Origin: Octopus sinensis
Taxonomy: Eukaryota
Reading direction: 5' to 3'
DNA: 64,000 nt
NCBI RefSeq assembly: GCF_006345805.1
Contig: NC_043009.1
Location: 51,584,001-51,648,000, forward strand
Part shown: one piece after another, positions 54,014 through 64,000 of the stretch
Numbering within the stretch: position 1 is the first letter of the stretch
How the letters are laid out: every line of letters begins with the position of its first letter
Position numbers and translations under genes: made by a program
The notes under the pieces: generated by a model
The model's input: the letters and a program-made list of their open reading frames with translations, nothing else
What the model was told of the DNA's origin: nothing
Databases searched by the model: none

Positions 54014-55169
54014 ATATATATATATATACACACACCCACACACACACAGATATATATATTTATATATATATATATGTTACTACGTCTGTATATATGTATG
54101 TCTGTATGTATATACTTATGTGTATATGCTAATAGTGAAACGGATTCAAAGATAAACAGAAAACACCGATCAAGTCAGAATTGAACAGACATTCAAACAT
54201 TAAAACAAACATGTCGGACAATAAATTATAAAGAAAGAAAGAATGAAAGAAAAGAAGAAAGAAGAAAAGAAAGAACGGAACTGTGAATACTATAAAACAT
54301 TTAAAAACAAATATTGAACAGAGAGAAACGAGAATCGAATAAAACTATATAGAGAGTGCTATGAAGTAGCTTAATATACAAGCAGTTATTTAGTTACGTT
54401 TCAAGTGTCAAAGGAGCAATATATCACATGGAGTCAATATCGTCGATGATGGTGGCGATGGTGGTAGAGGTAGTGGTTATGGCGTCAGAGATTATGTTGC
54501 TAATGGCGGTGGAGGTTGTTGTAAAGGCTAGGCAGAGACGAAGGTTGTGGATGTGAATTTGTTTTAGGAAAGAAGGGCGGGAATTATAATGCGAAAATGA
54601 AAATGAAAATAGAAAAAGAAAAATGGAAAGAAATAAAAGAAAAACAAACGAATATGAAATAAACCAAACTCCAACGAATGCATGAATTGGCTAATAAATA
54701 TATAAACATATAAGAGAGATATAACAAACATATAGAATAGCATAGAATAGAATAGAAATGCGTAGATGTTAGGAATGAATATAAATGGGAAAAATTAACG
54801 AAAGAAATAGTGAAGAAGGCAATTCATTTTACATTGTGGATATTGAAACTGGCAGTTTAATTGTTGATTTGATATGTTTATCAAATTTATCAAATTAGAG
54901 TGAAAATTATGTATTACGTACGACAGAAGGTTAACTTTCCAATGCTCCGCAAACTAAGATTTAATTCTTTACAGAGGTTTTTTCATTATTATTATTATTA
55001 TTATTAATATTTTCGTCTTTATGTGTTTATTTAATTATTTCCTTTTCTTTATTATTTTTTTTTTATTCCTGGTAGTATTGTCATACATTTTTTTTGCCTT
55101 CAATCAAACGAAATAAATAGTTTGAACTTAATATATGATACGAAAGATAATATGGATGATACAAAGGAT

Positions 55170-55475
55170 GTTGACGATGATGATGATGATGATGATGAGG
55201 ATGATGATGGAATCGGCGAATGTTTTTTTATATTCTTCTTCTTCATCATCATCATCATTATCACCATCATTGTTTTTACTGTTTTCGTTGTTTTTGTTTC
55301 TCGTGTCGCTATTGTTACGGTTGATGTTGTTTTTGTTGTTGCACATCTCCTCCTCCTCCTCCCCTATTATTCCACTTCCTCCTCCTTCTCCCCTCTTTTT
55401 CTTCTTCCTCCTCCTCTTCCACTCTTTTTCTTCTTCCTCCACTTCCTCCTCCTCCTCCTGCTTCACCTTCCTCTT

Positions 55476-55558
<83 letters not shown>

Positions 55559-55560
55559 TT
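55170..55560. repeat. (GAT)/(CCT)/(CTT)/(TTA) compound array
   Basis: Direct inspection. Confidence 0.9.
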
Positions 55561-55788
55561 TTTTTTTTTCTTCTTTCAAATTTTCTTCTATTTCTTGCCG
55601 AGTGTCTTCCCGACTCCTAGGGCAAAGAAACTCATAGTGTATATTGGTAGGCCATTAAACCAAACTCAGTAGTTCGTTCATTTTTTTTTTTTTTTTAAAG
55701 TTAAATTAAAATGCATGAGCAGCAACAGTTCTCACATCGACAATGCTCTTCTCAATACGTGTGATGTACCAGTTAAGACATATTATTA

Positions 55789-55856
<68 letters not shown>

Positions 55857-56310
55857 ATATGATGTTGCTCGTAACCGATGCTGGAACTTAGTGATTGTGG
55901 ATTTGATGTTGGCTCTTTTTGTGTAGTTGGTAATGGCCGTGATTTTAGTTGTGTTGGTGATATTCGCAGTGTTATTACTGGTGTTATCTTCTTTGGAACG
56001 ATGCTGTTCAAAATTATGAGTAACAGGGTTGATGTGATTGACATCGTTGGGGATAATGACATTTATAATTATAGCGAGGTCAATGTGAACGATAGCAATG
56101 TTAATTACAAGGTTGAGAAAATGCGGAGAAAGCCAAATGTAATGATGTTCGTGAGATAGATGTTAACGCAGGGTAAAGTGAAAAATATAAATATGATGGA
56201 ATGATAACCAACAGTTGGTAAAACTTAAGAATTACGAATTTTGTATTTAAATATGTTTTGTTCGGTGAGCTGCAAACTGGGTGCATCATTATTATTTTAT
56301 TCTTGTATTA

Positions 56311-56510
56311 TTTTATTTGTTTCAGTCATTTGACTGCGGCCATGCTGGAGCACCGCCTTTAGTCGAGCAAATCGATCCCAGGACTTTTTCTTTGTAAGCC
56401 TAGTACTTATTCCATCGGTCTTTCTTGCCGAACCGCTATGTTACGGGGACGTAAACACACCAGCCAGCATCGGTTGTCAAGCGATGCCGGGGTACAAACA
56501 CAGGCACAGA

Positions 56511-56556
<46 letters not shown>

Positions 56557-56750
56557 TGTGTGTGTGTGTGTGTGTGTGTGCGTGTGTTCATACGACGGGT
56601 TTCTTTCAGTTTCCCTCTACTAAATTCACTCACAAGTCTTTGGTCGGCCCGTGGTTATAGTAGAAGACACTTGCCTAAGGTGACACGCAGTGAGACTGAA
56701 CCTGGAACCATGTGGTTGGTAAGCAAGCTGCTTACCACACAGCCACTCCT
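56311..56750 (-). mobile_element. SINE family A, full length
   Basis: Family motifs. Confidence 0.85.
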
Positions 56751-57685
56751 GAGAGTTTTTTATGTAGACAAATAAATATTTGTTATTCCTACCTACCAAT
56801 TAATATTATTCTAACTTAGAAAACTTCATCGACAAATTTAAGCGGTATGGTAAGACGTCGGTGGGTGTAAACCATGAGTAAATTTTAAATATCGTTTTGA
56901 ACTCGCACCACTTTACATTATTCTGATGGTATTTTTAACAAGTACTAAAACCTCACATACACCAACGTCACATCTATGTATTTATATTTTACTTGAATGC
57001 GAGCAATTTTACACCTTTCAAGATAAAATGAATAAATCCTTAGAGACAAACTACAAAAAATAAATGGTTCATACGTTTAATATCCTATAGTCAGTTGAAA
57101 CCAATTCCTTTTATTCTCACAGAAAATAGTAGGAATGCCACATCTCTTGTGTATACGAATTTATATAGGAATTTCAGTTTATTGTATGTGATTTTAACAG
57201 ATATTTAACATGACTGACACGGATCATTTAGAACAAGATGAGTGAGAAAGGACACTTTATGCATGAGCTGTATACTTTAATTACAAAATCTTCCAGAGAT
57301 AAGACTAGTGTCTTAAATAAAAATTAATGTTATGTAGGCTCTTGTGCGCTTCTGGCCTTTGTTAGGATTATTTTATTCCGTTATCTCTCTAAACGTTGTT
57401 ACCTTTAAGCATATATGTATCTGCGCAGAGAGAAACAGCAGCTTTTCTCTGATGGTCGGTCATGTGCTTTCCAGATCATATTCTAGAAATTAAAACAATG
57501 ACCTAGCAGTACTCCACATTCAGCCACGTGCCCCACGGTGACTAGTCAGAGTCCACTTTCTCCAGGCATTGGTTTCATTTAAACTACAAGAAAATTTACC
57601 TAGATAAGAAATTAAGTTGTGAGATTGAACTTGAGATCATGATGGCAAAGCGAAAGTCTTGTCCTACAGAGTCATGCATGCGCAT

Positions 57686-57810
57686 ATAATATATTATAAT
57701 GTAATATGATATAATATAATATGATATAATATAATATAATATAATATAATATAATATAATATAATGTAATATGATATAATATAATACACTAGAGCATAAT
57801 ATAATGTAAT
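57686..57810. repeat. (ATATA)n pentanucleotide array
   Basis: Direct inspection. Confidence 0.9.
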
Positions 57811-57846
57811 ATAATATTTATATATATATACACGCATACATACAGG

Positions 57847-57918
<72 letters not shown>

Positions 57919-57940
57919 CATATACATATATATTTACATA

Positions 57941-57988
<48 letters not shown>

Positions 57989-58083
57989 CATATACATATG
58001 CGTGTATATTCTATATATATTTATGCATATGCATAAATATATAAACATATGCACATATACATGTATATGCATACATATACACA

Positions 58084-58163
<80 letters not shown>

Positions 58164-59139
58164 TTATATGATATATGTTTGTGCATGTATGTATATATAT
58201 GATACATGTGAGTGTATGTATGTATGTATGTGTCTGTATATTAACAAAAAAATGGATAAACAACTAATAAGTCCTCCTTATCGCATGAAAATCGACTTTA
58301 TATGAAAAACTTTATTCAACGTTTCATAATGTACAATTTGAAATTCTCACTTGAAACCACTTATCAGATATAACATTCAGCCTTGCTTGATATCTGCAAG
58401 ATTGTTAGTTTATTTTTTCTCTCTCGCTTTATTCGTTGTAAAACGAAATAAAATAAATATATATTGAGTAGATTTCCTTCACAATCATTGAAGCTGTTTT
58501 CATATATAATTCATATTGCTGTGTAAGAACATCTTTATATTTGTCCTGTTGGATTTATTAAACCTAATATCAATTCTCATCTCTATTCTATCCGTATCGT
58601 ATTATCTAAAAGTATATGTATACTAAATTTCCTTTATCTTGCTTAACTCTGAAATTGTGTCTCAAATTTTCACTGTCGAACAGTTTATAATGTACAGCTT
58701 CTAAAGAACCTTAAAACACAACTAGCATATAACGAATATGTTTAATGTGAATATTTCGTTCATGCTGATTTTTAAAAACTTTGCCATCGATTTTTGACTA
58801 AATCACTGGAAACTATGGTGCCATATTTTTATCTTATATCCTTTACGTGCTTTAGTCATTGGACAGCAGCCTTGCTGAGAAGCCGTCTTGAAATGTTTTG
58901 GCAAGCAATTTGGTTGCATTATCTAATATTTTAAGTCTGTTGCTTAACACATAAGTATTTTTTGCCGACCTGATAAACTACGTACATGTAAACAAACCAA
59001 AATCAGTTATCAAACACAAGCACAAAAACGCACACACACATACACATAAGTACATACATGCACAGGTACGTATATAAGCATAAATACGTACGTGCATACA
59101 CCTTTGAATGTCGTAACATATCCCTTCATCTTTTAACCA

Positions 59140-60107
59140 GCAAGTGTCGAAGTGCATCCCTTGACCAAGTATGCTTACGTGAGACTGATAAAATCATAAG
59201 AATTGGAACGCAGCTCCTTGAGCAACGCTCTTCGTCTGATAACCTAGAATACATGTCCAAAGAAGTTGCACTACTCTACTGCAACTTTTCATCAGAAGAA
59301 AGGATGAGTGGAAGACTATGCAAGGGTATGGTAGTAGAAAGCTTCGAGATTTTAGTAACATTGATCATCCAAGCATTTTATCATGGACCAGTAGCCGGAT
59401 ATTCACTACGAAGGGCATGCATCTGCAATCCTGGAACAGGAAATATCAATGAAATACCTGATGCACAAAAGGGATAGAGATGCAGGAAAAACATTAATGC
59501 AGACTTTAACATGCATTAACATTAATGTCAACATTAATGCAGACTTTGTGGAGTTAACACCGAAGATATCATTCACATCAGAAGCAGTCGTTTTAAAATG
59601 ACAAGTTGTTGTATCTAGGACACTGTATAAGGAAATCTGCGGAAAAGGATAATCCCGAAGACAAAGAAATAAGAACCCACAGAATTGTAGAAGCCATAGC
59701 CACTCATAATAAAAAGGAGTACTGGTAGAATGTCTTAGCGAAGATCTCACTAAAATGTAAGCACAACAGACCTGATATAACGATTTGGGATAAGGAAAAG
59801 AAACTTTGTACAGTTGTGGAAATTAGCTGTCTAGTGGATGTTAACATGAAGCTGAAGATCAGCGAAAAAGAGAATTCCTATGCTGAACTATTGCGAAATC
59901 TGAAGTTACTCTATCCTAGATAAGAAGTTCAGGTTTATACCTGTAATTATTGGGGCGCTGAGATATGTAGCATACTGCCTAAATACCAATCTTGAGAAAT
60001 TAGACTTCTCAAAACCAGAAAGGAGAAAGCTAATTCGAAGACCACAAATCCAATCCATCACGGGAACTGTAAAAATCTGTAAAACTTTCCAAAAGTTCAT
60101 CATTTAA
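59140..60107 (+). mobile_element. Decayed RLE-type non-LTR retrotransposon 3' part (NeSL/R4-like group; clade uncertain)
   Basis: QEISMKYLMHKRDRDAGK, CRLCGVNTEDIIHI (zinc knuckle), HNRPDITIWDKEKKLCTVVEISC, SEKENSY, FIPVIIGAL; several stops and frameshifts. Confidence 0.8.
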
Positions 60108-60589
60108 ATACATATGAGCATGTCTAGATATGCAGCTATATGCATAGAAATAAACGTATAAAGCAAAACATACAAATATGCACATATGCATACATACAAA
60201 CAAAACTACCCTGTTGCAATTCCAATGAAGGAGTCTTGGATCTAGGTCACAAACTTGATCTAGTTTACAATGGCGTGTATACATACGTTTACGACTACGA
60301 AATCCACGCACTGCATTGGTCCGCTTGGGACATATAATAAAAGAGACTCGCCCAAAGTGCAACGCAATAGATCTGAACCCCCAAAACATGTGACTGTAAG
60401 ACGAGATTTTTAGATCCCCATCACTGTCTAAATTAATTAATTCCATTTAGTTCATTAGTCTTTAAACATAGGAAGGAAGATAAGTAATATATGTTCTTGA
60501 AGTGGTTGTTTAACGTCAATTTTTTTCCTGGTGTTGAGGATATTCTGTGGCATGTCTAACAAAGATGGTGACCATCATGAATATTATTG

Positions 60590-60780
60590 CGGATTGACAG
60601 AATAGTTTGAGCGCTAATACACCTTGCGACATTTGATCAGTCTCTTCATGTCATGAGTTCAAATCTAGCCGAAGTTAACCTTGCCTTTTCATCTTTTCAG
60701 GACGATAAAATAAATTACTAATTAAGTGATTGTATCGACTAGTCCGTCTCAACTCAAAACTTGCTAGCCTTGTGTCTAAA
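60590..60780 (+). mobile_element. SINE family B, degenerate
   Basis: GAGTTCAAAT B box and family body. Confidence 0.65.
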
Positions 60781-60807
60781 TGGTCATCATCATCATCATC
60801 ATCATCA

Positions 60808-60854
<47 letters not shown>

Positions 60855-60930
60855 ATCATCATCATCATCATCATAATTATTATTATTATTATTATTATTA
60901 TATTTTATTATTATTATATATTATTAATTA

Positions 60931-60964
<34 letters not shown>

Positions 60965-60990
60965 CATCATCATCATCATTATTATTATTA

Positions 60991-61033
<43 letters not shown>

Positions 61034-61070
61034 TTATTATTATTATTATTATTATCATTATATTATTTAA

Positions 61071-61252
61071 GCGGTGAGCTGACAGAATCATTAGCACGCC
61101 GGCAAAAATGATTAGCTGCATTTCGTCCGTCCTTTCGTTCTGAGTTCAAATTCCGACGAGGTTGACTTTGCCTTTCATTCTTTCGAGGCCAATAAAATAA
61201 GTTCCAGTCGAGCACTGGGGTCGATGTAATCGACTAGTCTCTTCCCCCCAAA
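61071..61252 (+). mobile_element. SINE family B flanked by (TTA)n
   Basis: GCGGTGAGCTGACAGAATC...GAGTTCAAATTCC. Confidence 0.8.
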
Positions 61253-61283
<31 letters not shown>

Positions 61284-61424
61284 TATTATTATTGTTGTTG
61301 TTGTTGTTGTTTTTGTTGTTGTTGTTGTTGTTGTTGTTCTTCTTCTTCTTCTTATTATTATTATTGTTGTTGTTGTTGTTGTTCTTCTTCTTCTTCTTCT
61401 TCTTCTTCTTATATTATTATTATT

Positions 61425-61457
<33 letters not shown>

Positions 61458-61730
61458 CTTCTTCTTCTTATTATTATTATTATATTATTATTATCATTAT
61501 TATTATATTATTTTATTATTATTATATTTTATTATTATTGTTGTTGTGTGTTGTTGTTGTCGTTGTCGTTGTTGTTGTTGTTGTTGTTGTTGTTGTTCTT
61601 CTTTTCTTCTCTTTTCTTCTTTCTTCTTTCTTCTTCTTTTCTCTTCTTCTTATTATTCTTCTTATTCTTCTTTTTTCTTTTCTTCTTCTTCTTCTTCTTC
61701 TTATTATTATTATTATTATTATTATTATGT
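61253..61730. repeat. (TTA)/(TTG)/(CTT) compound array; (CAT)/(TTA) array also at 60782-61068
   Basis: Direct inspection. Confidence 0.9.
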
Positions 61731-63816
61731 ATGTATTTTATGTCATGTTATACTCTCTAGTTTGCGAAACCTGCAATGTCTGATTTAATTCACTATAATT
61801 CTGTTTCTGAATCAAGCTAGCGTGGTACAAATGTTCTCAGTATTCCCCTTTCTAAAGTTAATTTGGTGCGTTTTCGTAATCCGAGTTCGTACACTATTCG
61901 CATTAATGGTTCTAGTTGCTTATCATTTGCAACAAATAATTTGGGTCTAATCCAAAATACTGAAAATAGTTGATTGCCCTGGTATGGGTTTTATTAAAAG
62001 AAAAGGAGAGCTGAAGCATATGGCATTTAAAAAAAATATTTTTAATCTTTCGTATTTATAATTTCTTCGTTCATTGGGAGTATGATTGGGACAAAAAAGG
62101 TGAGAGAGAAAGAGCGGAATAATGAAAGGTAGAGCGCTTTGAACAGTAAAGTAACCAGCGGTAATACAAACAGATCAAATTTACTTTTGTTCAAGTTATT
62201 TTACCTGTTGGTGTTCTGGGAATTGCGGAGGATATCACCACATCTTTCTACACTTCTGGGGCAGATGATCGGAATGCCTCTACTCCCTCGACAGCACTCA
62301 TTCTTTTGTGAGAATGCGAAGCAAATGAAGGACAGATAACGAAAAAAACAATATAACTGCAGAGGATAGAGGAAAAATAGAAAAAAAAAAAGAGTAGAAA
62401 GAAGAGAATGACCACGAGAGAAAGCAAAGTTGTGTGTAAAACAAGCGAAGAACATTCCACCTGAAATTCATCAGTTATGAGAAGAGCAACATATCTCTCA
62501 GATCGGAAATGTCGGTTTAAAGTCGATTAATATCAAGTTGCACAGTTTCATTAGAAACTGTTAAAGCCAATATATAAAAGACACGCACAATGGATGTTTG
62601 TGGTGCACAGAACGGTAATGTACTTTAGCATGCAATGAAAACAGCGAGGTGTTGTTTCACGTTGGCGCTTACGACCAATCAGTAAAAAGACAGTAGGCGC
62701 ATAGACATGCACCAAGATTCAAGATGAGCAATGTTTTGCTGGTCAAGATAAGGCAAGCAAAATATGTGATATCAAGCTCTCATTGAGATCTGCACTTCTT
62801 CGCGCTAGAAACTTCTGAGGGAGACTAAAGGATCCACAAGAGAAATTTTGAGACACCTATTGTTCTTATTGGGGTTTGAATTAGGCTCTTGAATAAGCGG
62901 AATTTCGACTCCGGTACACATTTTAAGATCTACTTCTTACAAACGCAAATGCCCAAACATATATATATATATGTACATACATTCATACATACATAAATGT
63001 GTGCGTGTATATATACACACACACATACACTCAAAACACACACAGATGCATACATACATATATATATATATATACATATATCTATACATACATACATACA
63101 TATACACACACACATATATATATATATGTGTGTGTGTGTGTACACATATTGACATGACAGGCTCCATTCTGTTTTCTTCATCTAGAATGACTCCCTTTGG
63201 TTGTCCCAGGGCCATGGTACAGGACACTTTGTCTAGGATGTCTCGCAATGGAACTGCATGCAAGACGACACGGTTGAGAAAGGAGTATCTCAACTACACA
63301 ACCACATCGGCACCTATAAGCCACGACTGCGCCTATAAGCCACGCCTATACTTGATTTTATACAGTATTGTTTTTGATAGAAAACATGTATCAGACATAG
63401 TGATATATTTACTGCGTAACGTCTTGCTCCATGTGTTGCATATATAATTCTTTTCAAGGCGTCCAAGCTTTAGGGTTTAATTCAATTGCTGGTAATATTG
63501 TTTTCAGCAATGAGTGACGTGATTGTTTTCCTCATTTTTCAGAGAATAAAGTGTTATGTCATACAATGTTCGTTGTTATTTTACTTAGGACGGTCTACTC
63601 CATACAAGCAGAATTTCTGATTCGTAATCTATGTGTATTACATAGCAGGATGATTTGTTTTGTCGGTGATATAATTCAATTTAGTCCAAGCACTGCCAAG
63701 ATCGATTAGAGCTACGATAAAAGATTTTCTTCCTATAACCAAATATTGTTATGCTTACCATGCATTAAATTATACAATGTTTCGTTAATCTATCAGCTGG
63801 AATTGAATATATATAT

Positions 63817-64000
63817 ATAAGGTGCAATGGGTAAATTGTCGCCATTTTATAGTTTTAATTTCGCGCATGCGTATTGTTTGGTTGTACACCATGACGCAAT
63901 TCACTCTGCGAGAAATTTAGAAACGACATACTGTACTACTCGGCATTCGCGCCGGAAGCTCCAATACGAACATTTCGGAGTGTTTGGGTGTCAATCTAAG
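63817..64000 (+). mobile_element. Possible left end of a Tc1/mariner-type non-autonomous element, cut by the window edge
   Basis: TA followed by AGGTGCAATGGGTAAATTGTCGCC and a change in composition; second TIR not in the window. Confidence 0.3.

Noticed and set aside
59491-59547. ACATTAATGCAGACTTT repeated twice
   Set aside because: Local tandem duplication within a dead retroelement.
5091-61788. Many long ORFs of poly-I/Y/L/N/M/D/H and IY/VC dipeptides
   Set aside because: Translations of (TTA)n, (GAT)n, (TA)n, (CA)n and (TCTA)n arrays; no coding signal.
1-64000. CRISPR arrays, rRNA genes, operons or other prokaryotic systems
   Set aside because: No repeat-spacer arrays, rRNA motifs or dense coding seen; the sequence is eukaryotic repeat-rich DNA.

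Overview
AT-rich, repeat-saturated eukaryotic non-coding DNA (intronic or intergenic). The SINE families and the extreme microsatellite load look like an Octopus genome; this is pattern recognition, not a database match. No intact, recognisable protein-coding gene is supported. Nearly all ORFs in the track are microsatellite translations or antisense to decayed retroelements. The window holds at least four tRNA-headed SINE families, decayed LINEs (Tx1/L1-like, CR1-like, R4/Dong-like and other RLE-type, RTE, I/Jockey-like), a non-autonomous Helitron, and Tc1- and hAT-type MITEs. The most unusual structure is a ~610-bp near-perfect palindrome (15823-16433). Each arm carries a Penelope-type minimal hammerhead ribozyme motif with a CCGAUGA core variant, one complete and one with its GAAA core deleted, and the centre can fold as two small hairpins (T-shape). 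A second, different hammerhead motif lies at 29036-29070. Other oddities: a Tx1-like ORF1/ORF2-3' chimera bracketed by a duplicated (GCT)n(ACT)n junction, a 55-bp fold-back at the 3' end of another Tx1-like copy, and a weak candidate small-exon gene near 41.9-42.4 kb. All alignments and translations were done by eye.
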